A stretch of DNA of 64,000 bases from Balanoglossus misakiensis (taxonomy: Eukaryota > Animalia > Hemichordata), in the NCBI GenBank assembly GCA_040954595.2, contig CM082582.2, forward strand, positions 6,946,063-7,010,062, written 5' to 3'. The translations under genes and the position numbers were made by a program. The notes beneath the pieces were generated by a model, which saw nothing but the letters and a program-made list of their open reading frames with translations, searched no databases and was not told the DNA's origin. The stretch's first letter is position 1, and each line of letters begins with the position of its first letter. Shown here one piece after another: positions 38,033 through 51,099 of the stretch.

Positions 38033-41000
38033 ATGTCTACAGCGGAAAAGCTGCTCACAGTCTCGTTTGTCGTCAATCTGTCGGTCGGCCTCTTCCATTT
38101 CCTACCCGGGCTCGTCATCATTCTCCTGCGCAAGCTCAAGGCGCGCTCCGGCTGCGCCGAGCAACTGTTGAAGTTGAGCGAAGAGAAACCGTGGATACTG
38201 AGCAAATTGTGAGTATAGTACCTTCCGTTGAGATTGTGCCAAAAGCTCGCTGTTTTTAGTTGGCAGTTCCCTCAAACTCCAAGACACCCACCTCGAGACG
38301 TAAGAATCGAGACCGGGTCCACAACAACGTACCCGGGCGCCCCTTTTTATAGAACTTTCATCGCACGTATTTTAATATTCGCAATATCTCTCAGGATAAT
38401 TATGAGTGTGCATTATCACTCTTGTTGCAGGTTGGGGTTTTAGTTCACGCAAGAAGTTGCTCTCTGTTTAGACGACACGAAACAACATTTCTGGGAATTT
38501 TAGTCGGTTTCGCCATCCTCGATTAACATACGCCATGGCAGAACGTAGAAGCACCGGCTTCTGTGGTCAGAACGCCCGGCTCGTTCGTGCACGAACGTTT
38601 CTGGCGAGTACGGTATTCGAGCGACATATGTTTTTTGTTTTTTTTACCGAACGTGGGGATAACAACGCGTTTCCTGGTTCAAAATAACCAGATCGTCGCA
38701 TGTGCTGTATTAATAATTCATCATGGTTTGTTTGGTTCACACCATTTGTACTTTGGGGGTGGGGGGGGGTTTGCCTGCCAAATACACAGGTACAGCAGGT
38801 ACAGGACGCTCCTCGGACCATATCTATGCCCGGACGCCGAACGTCAGCGCGATCCCAAAGTCTATCAAGCGCAACTCAACAAATAAGGTATCCCCCCTCG
38901 GCTGCATAGAGAAAAATAATCGACGACGTCGTGGCATATGTTGCGTAATAGAGGAGTTGAAAAGTATAATGTGGGTGTTAATGCGCACAAAAATCGTACG
39001 TGGAGTCGTCGTCGTCGCCCACGAGCTCGATTTACGTAAAAATTGTGGGTTCAGTTCTGAGTAACGGTTTTACATGTATAGTGACGGTGGGTATTCCGGT
39101 AGATGTCATTCGAAACTCATTGACTTCCTGACGCTTTTTCCCGAAAGAACGTTTATATGTTCAGCGGTTCCAACCGCAAAACACCCATACGATACAGTTA
39201 GTGTAAAGTTGTGTTGTGTTGTGTTGTGTTGTGTTGTGTTGTGTTGTGTTGTGTTGTGTTGTGTCAGACTGTCCGTCGGCGCATTCTAAGCTTGGAAGTT
39301 AATGACGGTGATTTGCTTCACACTGTCGCAGCCAACCTAACAGGCCTATTCACGTTTCACCTTTTTACGTTCGTTTAAGGATCCCAGCCTTTAGAGATGC
39401 CTCCGTCGCGTCACCGCAGAACTCAAAAAGTCAAGCCCGTACAATTTCCTTCAATGTATCTCGCAAACCAGTTATTAAAGAAATGAAGGAGGGGTGCAAA
39501 TAATAGCGGTGACATAAAAGACGCGTATTGTCAAAGTCTTGGGTTGATGCCAGGAGCTAGCACACACGTATACATCCGTCACGTCTTATTACTTCAATAC
39601 GTTTCTCGCAGACGAATACTCCTAAGATCCGGACGGAAATCAACCCTCAGTATTGGGCGTCAGTGTCACGAAAGAAAGGGACGCGTAATTTTATTTTGTT
39701 CATCTGCTAGAAAACCGGTTCCTCTATAAATAAGCGAATACAGATTCTGACGTCATTTCATCGACGAAAAGTGTGATTTTACGATCAAACGCTGATTGCG
39801 TTGATCAGACAAAAGTTGAGCTGACAGGTGTTGCGTGAAAGTTCCTTGCTGTGATTTTTCCTTCTGTTTTATTTGTATTTTAAAACGTCGGTCATTCATT
39901 GCACTCCAACTATAATAGGCTGCGTCCGGGTTTCGTGTACGGGATTTGGTTTTGTGATTTGCATATTCATTTGTCTATACCCGGCAATTCTGAGACTCGC
40001 AAGGGACGGGCCCGTCGTAACACCGCGATGATGCCGCGTTACGTGCAACAGTGACTCGATGGGACGTGACGTGATCGCATGCACTTCGAAGCCGAAACCG
40101 TTCCCTTTTGGCACGGAGTCAAACGCACCGCCGCAGATAAGTGCCAAAAAAGCGAAATAAGAAAGAAGTAACGCCCTCAAAATGATATCAAAATAGCGCC
40201 TCAGTCTTAGCTGTGCATGCGGATTGGTGTAAATCATGTCTCAAAATGCCAAACCTGGACGGATGTTGGATCAAAATCAACTTGTTTCTTCAACACTGTG
40301 CTGAATAATGTTTTACAATTGCTTGGTAACAGTTTTCAACACACAAAACACCGTACTTTTTTCCATTTTATCTCTTGACAAAATACAGGCAGATTAATTA
40401 CGGAGATGTAATAATTATCAAGTCTTATTGACAATTTCTTCTCAGCTGAACTTGTGGTGGGATACGATGAAGCACGTATTATTATAGCCTTTCGTCCCGT
40501 GCTCTGTCACTTGTCATTGTTTTAAACGGGGGGTGCACGTGTTTGTATTATTGATGGACGTTATTTAATTTGGTGGACACCTGTGCCATTCGTTCATGGA
40601 CAACGTGTACCGATTTCACTGGGCGTCGCCTCGCAGAAGCTGAGCCCCCGGCCTTCAGGGCGCGTCGCATTTCCCCCTGAAACTCGTGGGAAGTTCTAGG
40701 AATAACTGCACGTTCTGAGTACGTATGACTCAGAGGTTTTAGCGCCGAAGCGACGCAACCTCGGCTTCTATTCCGCGTTGGCGGATTTACCCTTAGTCAT
40801 GTATTTGTCCAGACATATATACGAAGTGGTCTTATTCTCTTTGTGTGGACAAAACATGTCTGACGAAATTACATTTAAAGTGTTCGTGGAAAGTATAGTG
40901 CCGTATACGCCTCCACCGTCTAAATCCGTGTAGTTGAAATGCACTATATGCACAACGCTTGCGGGGATATATTCGTGACGGCCCAGCACTGGGTCGATCC

Positions 41001-43886
41001 ACGATTATTTTTGTTTGTTTGTTTGTCTGTTTTGTACGTTTGTTTGTTGGAGGTTCCGTACGTGCGTTGTAGCCAGATAATGGGTTTCAAATGAAGAGGG
41101 ACTGAAAACGCACATTCCTTCGGTTCCAGTTAGTCGCTATACTTTGCCATTCTCTCAATTCGCTGATTCGTGACAATCAACACCTGTACACTTCAGGTAT
41201 TTATAGATTCGACGGTGTCAACTTGAACCGTCACGAGTCACCGATAAATATGCATGGCACAGCCGGCCGGTGTGTCCAATGAATGGCCCAATAAATCTTC
41301 TGTGGTGGAGAGACTGTCAATCAGAGTTTTAGATCACATGCTGATCATTAGAGCAGTTCTGCAGATAATCTCTGGATTAGGCCTGCATTTTTGTTTCCCA
41401 ATACATGCAAACAGTTCAGCACACAGACAACAGATGTACTGTTTTATCTGGAGAGATGCCCACGTCAACTTGAATAAATGAGGGCCTTTAAAATTATCCT
41501 TTCTTTTTCCGTGTATTCCGTTCTGTCTGTCGCCGTCATTCTCGTCTGATACTTCACTTAACCTACAACGAAAACACGCCTTTCCTGTTCGGGCTGTAAC
41601 GAGGAAGTTTCAGGTACACTATGACCCGGTTGCCCCGGGTATAGGCCTAGGGGCTCAGCGATCTTTTGAAAGCTAGATCGCGATGTTACGGTGGAACTTA
41701 TCATTCGGTCGGATCCGGGTTATCAGCTACATTGGGCTGGACATATAATTTCCGTCAGATTTGAACAGGATCTTGTTGAGTTGCCGAGGGCCTTGTCACG
41801 ACTTCTGGCATTGTAGTGCTGTTATTGCCAGTCTCGTCTTCCGTAAGCTTGACTTTAAGTCATTTTACTTCCGTCTTCGACATTCTTGACCGGAACAATG
41901 GTTGTTTGTCTGTTTATTAAAAGGACGGGCCAGTCTCAAGGATCACGGCCCGAAGTACCCAAGCAGCCATGCCCGCAGGGCCGCAGGGGGGGGGGGGGGG
42001 CACGACTTTCAATAATTCAAAAATAATACCCATCCGCGCATTCTAACCAAATTGTGTCGAAATTATTAAATTGCACTTTCAGAATTTGCCAAGTCCCTTC
42101 TCAAGTACGCACTAGTGCTCCTTATAATACTAAATCAACCACCGAAACGTCTGGTAAACCTAGGCACCAAGCCCAACCCACAGAACTACATTGTACATAC
42201 ATGTAGCCACTGTTACGTAAATCTACTATGGCTAGACCCTTTGTATGAAATATTTCTGCTGTGCCATTATAGAGCTGCAAAACAATGACAACATAAACTC
42301 GCTTTAATACAGCACACACGACGAATTTCTTTAAAGTATAATTTCCAATTATATGTCAACAAGTGCCGTCACCGTGTACCTGACGGCGGCAGTTTCCGGC
42401 TATTTTAATTAATCACGGCGGTTTTTTTTTTTCTTTTTCCAGTTTTGTTGACCAGCTGTCAAGCGTAGTGGTTACTGTCCTAGCAATAGTTGTGATTCCC
42501 GTCTCTGGAATTATCTACGAACCCTTCCTGGGTATGCCGTGGTCTGTGCAAATCGCCATAGCGACGGACATCGGTCACTACACGTACAAACTCGCGCAGG
42601 ACTTCTGCCTGAGGTCGCACTACCCCTCTTTCCGGATCAACGCCCTCCACCACGTGGTGAGCATCATCACCCTGGCGGTGTTCCTCGCCTTCGAGCAGAA
42701 CGGGCTCACCTGTCTGGTCGGCCTGCTCTTCGAGGGGAACCTCGTGTTCTTCGGGGTGTCTCACCTCCTCAAGGCGCTGCACGTCGAGGGCTACAACCGC
42801 GCCTACGGCATGAACAAGTACGCCGGGTTTGTGTCCACCGTGCTGTTTCGCGGAATCTTGCCGCTGCTGTTTCTCGTCGTCTCCCTGGTCTTCGGAAACC
42901 CGTTCAGCATGGATTACATATCGATCGCCTTTTATTTCCTCAGTGACATTTTCTTTTTAATTCTTAATTTATGGCTCATGAAAATTTCTTTCGACTCGGT
43001 TCGCAAGTACAGGACGGAGAGGCAGAAACATCTTTATATATCGGATCTGATGCCAGCGGACAACCAATCCCGCGTCAGTGTCGACAGTGCGACGGTGGCC
43101 GACAAATCCCAAATGTACCAGAACCATATGAAATACCTCAATCCCATTGCAAATGCCAACTTGAACGCAGAGGCAGCAGAGGGTAGGATATCGAACATAC
43201 AGAGGAACAGGGAAACTGTGACAAATATTAGGGAGGTTTTGGTCCCTGTACCGCCGAACAATGCACGGCCTGTGGTGGCGCTCGGTCACAACTTTTCTAG
43301 CAGGAACAGCTTAGACAGTAAAGATTCTTCCACTGCCAGTGGTCCAGTAGTAGTAGTGCAACGGTCTCACTTCGCACACCAAGGCGCGGGCGACTCGGGC
43401 TGTCCGGAGGAGTCGCTCTACGCCGAGAACTTGAGCTTGGGATCGGTGAGAGCGCCGCCCGACGGCGAAGATTCTTCTGCTTATGCGTCCGCACCACCAC
43501 GGGCACATCTGATGGCGCTACAACAACACGTCTACTGTCCACGGCCAACAGGGGCTTTTACTACAGACCAGGGTTCACTCGAGAAGCGCAGCTTGTCCGA
43601 CAGCTCGCTGTCCGATGCGGCGAGCGTCAACAGTTCCTCGAGCAAGTCGTCCTGCGGGAAATTCAACGGAGTGGCGTTTCTTCCCACAACTCCACAGGCG
43701 CCATTTCCGCCGCCCTACGTAGCCCACTGGAAAAACACCAACAATTTAACGACAGAAACTAGAGCGAGAACAGACTCTAAGACTAGTTCCGACTCAGTGG
43801 GTTCCGCAGACCATTCCAGGACAAGACACGAATCGGGGGACCCGTCAAATAGCGCATATTTTAACAAAGATGGCAACCCAAGTTAA
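38033..43886 (+). CDS. TLC (TRAM/LAG1/CLN8)-domain multi-pass membrane protein with long Ser-rich C-terminal tail, ~539 aa
   Basis: Exon 38033-38208 (MSTAEKLLTVSFVVNLSVGLFHFLPGLVIILLRK...WILSK, TT|gtgagt) joins 42443-43886 in phase 2. Several TM helices with TLC-like motifs IGHYTY, LHHVVS, LLFEGN, FRGILP, LNLWLM. Confidence 0.8.
39208..39263. repeat. (GTTGT)n pentanucleotide microsatellite
   Basis: About 11 perfect GTTGT units. Confidence 0.95.
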
Positions 43887-44665
43887 TAAAATATTTATCG
43901 GAATTTATTATTTGCATTCAGCAGGTCAAGTTTTACATTTGAAATAACGAATAAATAATTTTTACAACTTTTATCGTAAACAGACTATGACGATTTTATT
44001 TATAAGCAGGTGAACGCAGTTTCGATGCGGGCTTCCCGTGAAAAAGACTTCTTACATTGGTTCCTACACTGTCCAGCGACAATTTCTTTACTGACTCCAT
44101 TATTGACTCCCTTGCAATGACATGAATTGCGCTCTACACACTATCTGTCCAACTTGATGCTTACAACTATCAGTCACTTTGGCATGTCGGTAGCTTTATA
44201 CAACTAGCGTAGAAAAAAGTGTTTGTGACTAGATTGTACGCACGACAAACAGCAAAATACATCCCAATTTTGGTTTCAGTACACCTAACTAACTTTTCAT
44301 TTGAATGATCATTTGATAAAACACGCTCAGGCTTTAAATTATCTTTTAAAAATAAAGTAAAAAATAAAAGTTATTTATTTATGGGAATCCTGGAAAAAAT
44401 AAATACGATATAAGTCACACATCTTAAAAAACTATATTGCTTCTGAAATATGAGTTGTGTAAGATTGATAAGACTACAAAATAATTCATACGTGAATAAA
44501 ACGTGATACAGTAATTGGCACTTTTATACAATTATCTACAAATTTAAATAACATATATAATTAAATTGATATGATTTTTTTTATTTATAACAGTCAGTAC
44601 TGGTTTAAAGTGCAAGTCATTCATTCTTTCATTCATTCATCCATTCCCTCGTTTTTCCGCCTGGT

Positions 44666-46540
44666 CTAGTCGCTCATCACCGATGAGTTCCAGAACTTGC
44701 TGCCTCGGCCGCTGTCGTCGGCGCTGTCGTGTGAACTCTCCACGACCGGGCGTCTTTTGACTCCGCCCGAGGAAGATGCCGCCGTCTCGGGCATAAGATG
44801 ACTCCTGGGTGAAGACGGAAGAGAGGTATAGTCTTAAAAGGATAAAATCGCTAATTTATAACTTGTTAGCAGTAATACGTCGGTCTCAGCTTTGACCCTC
44901 GGTATACACAGCACAGGCCAACTCCATACACAGGGCATAAGTGTGAATACTTATAAAATTCTGTTATTGAGCAAACATATCATGAAATCGTTACCATTCA
45001 ATGTACACGAGACGTGACTGAGAACGCGTGGCGTATAGGGTCCACTTACTTGAGCTGGTAAATCTGTCGCCTGCTTACGTCATCCTGCTTGTCGTAGTTG
45101 GCTTTGTACAGAAGGTGTGAGATGAGGAACTCTACGTGGACTGTCAATCGTAGAGGGCCCTCGTCAGGGAAATACCTCTGAGCAGGGTCTGCCAGCTGTA
45201 AAGCGCAGAAACCACGGTTATGAGAAATGGACAACATTTTTCAATATGAAATAGACGTACATCTTGATAGTTTTATTGCGTCTGGTTAAAATAAACTCAT
45301 CACTCGTCTTATGCTGAAGTGTTGGGAATTCTTTTAAAATCTATTACTGTTGTTTCGTTTATTTTATTTATTAAAAATGATAAATGGAAGATACTATCAC
45401 CTCTTTCACGGGTAAGTCCGTCACCATTTCGTATTCACTATCGTCACTCCGACGGGCGAAGTATTCCGAATACGGGCCTTCCAGCGATCTCCTGCGTTGG
45501 CCCGCTTCGCCGACGACGACCAGGTCCCAACGCAGGTACCTGGCGTAGTTGTTCGGTATTCTGTACTGGTCCATGTACTGCAGTCTGAAGCGGAGGTTTT
45601 TCTTCGTGACATCAGACTCCACGCACCACGTCTGCTTGTCTTGGTCGACGAAGAACACCTGGTTCTTCTCGATCTGCTCCTCGAAGACGTAGATCTTCGC
45701 CTCGCGGATGACGCTCAGCGACGTGAACTCGACCAGTACCTTCAGGCGGTCGCGTTTCGTGTATCGCTCCAGGTCGTCGTAGAGCTGGAAGCCCTGCCCC
45801 TCCCCGCTGAAATCGAAGGTGCTGTCCAGCGTGTCCGTGGTGTAGCACTTCGTGTCGCTCTCGTCGCCGATGGTGATCCGGTACCTGGCCCGGCAGAAGT
45901 GGTTGAACTGCGTCAGGCGGTTCAGGTTCACCATGACCCGCCCTTCGTGGGCCGCCCAGTCGCCGTTCGGGTACACCGAGACGTTCCAGTCGAAGCCGCC
46001 CAGCGGGAAATACGTGCTCTGGTAGCGGGGAAACTGGGAATCCTGACTCTGCTGCGTGTCGATCGCAACTTGGCATTCGAAAGTCGTTCTAGCGTCTCTC
46101 ATCTCTAGCTCGATTAGAAACTGTTGGTTTTCGTCCAGGTACCCGTCGTGCAGGAGCTCGTCCCTGGACACCATGGCTCTGCGGCCGTGGGAGCTGGCTT
46201 TCTTCGTAAAACGACAATCCGTCTCCGCGAAAGACTCATTCCTGGCGTAGTCTCCCCTGTTCAGCACGTTGAACGAGTAAGTTAAGAAACACGTCAAACC
46301 GTCCGTTGCTCCAAGCAACTGGAGGTAGAAATGGAGATGGTGCTCGGCCTTCACAATCGACAAGCGCCATCTATGGTTGGCATACGTGAATTCCCTCGAC
46401 TGAACCTTCTCAAAATTGTGATCGAACGGATTGGCGAGAAGGAAGGTGAAAATGTGCGTGTCCAGTTTGTCGTCCAGGGCTAGAAACCGATGAAGTTCGG
46501 CCACAGCTTGTTCTGGAGCATTCTTATTGCAGCCCATCAT
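44666..46540 (-). CDS. Protein of tandem MATH/TRAF-C-like domains (about three), N-terminus (M)MGC; 3' end uncertain
   Basis: Exons 46540-45401 and 45195-45050 join in phase 0; probable last exon from 44832, frame ambiguous. MATH-like segments: SREFTYANHRWRLSI...FYLQL...SFNVLN...HGRRAMVSRDELLHDGYL and STYFPLGGFDWNVSVYPNG. Confidence 0.78.
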
Positions 46541-49500
46541 GTCTTGCGTTTCCAGACGAGAGCAGTCAATTCACAGACGCCACGCCTTCGTAGTGGCCCT
46601 ATCTGACAACTTCTTACGGCGGAAAAGGTTATCTGAAACATGAAAGATATGTCGGTATTACTCTTTCGATCGCCTGAACGAACTGGCAGTCAGAAGCAGA
46701 GAAAAACTTGATGAATTGTAAGAGTTTCAAACAGACTTAAACTTGCTGTTTTATAAGATCTGCGGAAACGTCGACACATATCGTGTGGCCGGTATCGTAA
46801 ATTATTAGGTTTTGGCGGGTTTAACCTCCGGCAAATCAAATCGAACTTGACAGCACAACTGTCATTAAAAGTACACAAGTGTATCACATCTTCAGTCGGA
46901 AAACATGCTTCACCAACAAGCACAGGCACTGATTGCTTATCGATCGCCATCTTTGCTGACAAGGGGGAAATATCGATCACTACGCGTTCGTGTCCTCCAT
47001 AAATATAGATTTCTTAGTTAAATAGCGCAATATGGCATTCCGAGATCCATGTTCAATACACACTAATAAAAACAAGTCATTTGACGAGCGAAATCTGACA
47101 GATTTAGAACAGGTTTATACTAATCCGTCTTTGCCAAGCATGTTTAAATATTTTTGTGTTGCTACTACGCTGGGGTATTCGAGTCATGCTTGAGCCTGGC
47201 TTGAGATTAGAACGACACTACTGTGATTCAACAGGTGGTTCAGGTCATGCACCATTGGCTGGATCATGACGTTAAATCGAATAGTAAACTTATGATTTGT
47301 CAATTGATCAGCCATCATAGCAATGACACTGTTGGGTTTGCTTAAACCATCTGCGTGAGGGACGGCCTCAAAAATGACAGTAGCTCGGCGTCGGTTTTCG
47401 TTCAATGTTAATACTTTAGAAATTCAGAGATGTCGCATTCCTCAAAAGAAAACAAAAGAACACGAGTGTCAGCATTTGGGTGTTTGGGGTCTGATCCCGC
47501 GGTCAAAATTCGCGTCAAAATTGCAGTGGCATTATCTACGTATTTCCATATTGGTTCATGTCGTTATTGTAAAGTGACATGTATGCGATCGCTTTCCGAT
47601 ACGGCGACCTATTTGCGCGGTCGATGAACTTCCATTAATGAAAACACCATAGAAATAAGCTCAATAAAAGCAACGGTATGTTCAATGAAATCAATTGACC
47701 CCACGACACCGATGAAAATTATCTTTGCGGCTCTCAAAGGAGAGATTTTAAATGGCTAGAACTGACATATGTTAATTCAATTCGCACTCGAAATAAAAGA
47801 AACGCGTTGCAACTCTGTCTATACCCAAGCGAGGCCCCGCTGCTCGAGCCAGTAAGGTCGAGCCTGGGATTTTAAGCGATGCGTTGGTTGAAAGGAACCG
47901 AGCAGCAAAATTCGTAAATCAGTATGCGCAATTCCATCGTATCGGTATTTACCAACGTAGCCGACATCAAATCAAATAATCAAGTTAAAGATTTACATAA
48001 AAATCTCGGAATTTTTTACAGGAGGAATAAAGATACATAGCAACGGATACTATAAGCTTCTGGAGTAGATGGCCCTATTCTCATTGCATACCATGCCTAG
48101 TAACAGTGAAGTGCATGCTGGATAATTAACAAAGCGCAGCTGCAGATACGCCTAATTCCCCTTTTGGATAAACGTTCTTTCGTCGCCAAGAGTAACAGAT
48201 CTCGCTGTTCATCAAGCATAAAATAACCGAAACGAAAATAGTTGATCGTGGACAATGCCCATATCAATGAAGCGGTTTTTGAAAAGCGAAAAGAAATAAC
48301 CAGATGTTGAGAATAAAGCTAAAAACTACGATTATCTGTAAACATTTTGGCTTTTATACGTGTCCATTGGCATCCTAAATAGTAAACGTGTCTGATTTCA
48401 CGGAATGTTAAGTTGTCCGTTACATGCAAATATCCAATCATTCGAGGTCGTGTCACTTTCAGGAGGAGTTGCCTGCCTGCTGTTTGAAAAAAAACACCCT
48501 TTCAATGAAATTTGACAGCTCCAACGGACCGTGTCAGCGTAGGCCCTATACAACACACACTGGCAATTAATTAAAGAGCCAATGTCAACAGCTTTGGAAA
48601 ATCGGCAGTTTATTTAGTGCACGCGTGTAGCCTATACCCAAGATAAATACGTATTTAATTTTAAATATTTATATACCCGAAGGTTCATTCGGCTATGAGT
48701 AAAGCAGGGAATGCAAAGTCAAATGTTTCACTACGGTGTTTTAACAAACAGCAAGTATGTTTAATTACCCCACGATACCTGTCCTGACATGCTGTAAGAT
48801 GCAACCGCTCACCTGGTCAATTTAGGTTCCGAGGCTGTCGTCGTCGAAACAATATAAACACGGTTCCGTTCTGACACCACAATTCATGCAGTGAGCCCAG
48901 TCCCTATCCGCTCTACACTTGGTAATTTTCACCCGAACTTGTATTTTGGGACCGGACGAGTGTGTTACACGGTAGTGGTGTAGACCTACTGTCAAAACAA
49001 CAACGCCGCCATCGCTCTCATGGTGAAAAGAGCTCTATTTGCAACACAATACACTGTACCCATCGACCCATTTTATTTTCTCGTCCACCGAGGGCGCTCA
49101 TCTCAAACATTTTTCCCCCACATGAATGAAAAGACTGCATACACAGTTTGTAGAGGCAATGCATCAACATGCGTTACATGAATTTATTTCATGGAAGAAA
49201 CTTACAAAGTCTCAATTTAATTTATGAAGTTGGCTGTAAAGTTCATCTTGAAAACATCACAATCCTGGAAATTCTAGTTATTACGCAGCAAAATCTGAGG
49301 TTAATGAAGCATTTGTACATCACAAAATCACGTTATAAAATCTTTAGGACACGTATACTGATTTCGAAGTTCGGAAGAGCACAACCTGGGATGGGACAAT
49401 GGCAACCAAATATTACAAAAGCTTGTAATATGCACGTCTGGTTACAGCAGAATGAACTACAACTTCTGCACTCACACAGACCTATACATCATTAAAAATA

Positions 49501-49680
49501 TGAAACATTGTTCCGGTAAATAAGAGCCTCCACAGCCATGACAAGGGTGGCAAACCAGCTTGATACATCACATGTATTAGTAAGTAAGGGGCAGAGTGGA
49601 CAAGGTCAGGTTGACTTGCGCGGGATCAATTACACCTCACATAAGTTATCCAAAAAAAGTTCTTCTTGAAATGCCATGCG

Positions 49681-51099
49681 CTAGTATCCACGCTTCATCT
49701 TCCTCTCCATCTTCCTCTGTTTCTTCTCGTCGACTTCCGGCGCCGGCGCGAATATCCACGGCGCCAGGATGTTCGTCCAAAGGTAGTAAAACGCTGCCCC
49801 CGGGATGGCAAGCCAGATGAGCCAGAAGTAATTGGAGACTATACTCAATATGTGTGAGATGATTGTGACTAGGATTACGTCTTTGAGATGCCTGTCGATC
49901 AAATTGAAAAAAATGATAGTTGTTATATATTATTCCCCAACACTGATGATGTGTGTCAGTGTTAGCAAAATACTACTAGCAATCAAAGTCACCATTTTTG
50001 ACCATTATGTACCTCATCTTGTCATACACAATAAGTGGTGTGATCTGGACAGTGAAGAGTTTCTCAGTAATATTCCTGTGTATTAGCAGATGTGCAAACC
50101 AGAAAAGTACTGTTTGGTGTGTTTGTTATATAGCTGCGCAGAAACTGGACAAGATACCAGGAAACTACATTATAGAGATACCAGCTGGACACCATGCAGC
50201 AACACTAGTGCACTGAGAGGTTGATGAAATAACTCTTATGGTAATTACATAATGATAATCACTACTTACTCTGCCATGCCAGACTGCATATTCAAATCGG
50301 TACCAGCATCTACTAAATTCCCAGTGGGTCCAAACGTAGCTTGTGCCATTTTGTGCATGAATTTTATACTAGCGAAATAAACTACGATGGCAAAACTAAA
50401 TAAAACCTGCAATAAAAGTGACAGACAAAATAAAACAATATTTTTACAGTTTGTTATAGTAGTGTTTCACTTCCTTTTTTTGTTCTGGAAAGCCTATGTG
50501 TTGAACTAATCCAGCTGACATATGTCAGCAGTGATTATTTTTTTCACTGTGACACTGATTCAAACTAATACGAAGCAATTTTCTCCATGCATCTGTGTGG
50601 TGCAAACTGGTGTGATGGTGAGTTGTCTTGCAGTTCATGAGGGCTTGCTCAAGGCATCTCAGTTTGAAATCGCACAAATATGAACATGTACTGTAACAAA
50701 CATCTTGAAGACGTTTGTGATCTTACCCAACATGAAATATTGAAGGAGTCCCACATCCACAACATTCTGATGATTATGTATATTAGATTGGTTGCCAGAA
50801 CCATCCGTGAGTAGTACTGTATTGTGCCTTTATTCTCTTCATAGATCTGTTTCTGACCTTTCGTCCCGACCTTGCCTTTCGGCTGCAATTGACGACGAAA
50901 TATTAGTAGAATCGTGTTATTTGATTCATAAATAAAGTACTGCTTCATGCATGTGATCGGTATGATCACATATTGTTGCATGTGTATCATTGTATGGACT
51001 GCAGAATATTACTGGTGATGGTGTATTCAGCCTTATACCTCGGAATATAGTACTATCAGTATACAAAGTACCTGTAAATGTTATCATACTTACCGGCAT
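49681..51099 (-). CDS. TMEM208: Transmembrane protein 208 (SND2, ER targeting)
   Basis: Exons 51099-51094 (MP), 50882-50727 (PKGKVGTKGQKQIYEENK...), 50406-50270 (...LVDAGTDLNMQSGMAE), 49891-49681 (HLKDVIL...LWTNILAPWIF...EKKQRKMERKMKRGY*); phases match. Confidence 0.95.

Noticed and set aside
45497-46108. 203-aa plus-strand ORF
   Set aside because: Antisense to the GC3-rich MATH exon, which suppresses stops on the opposite strand.
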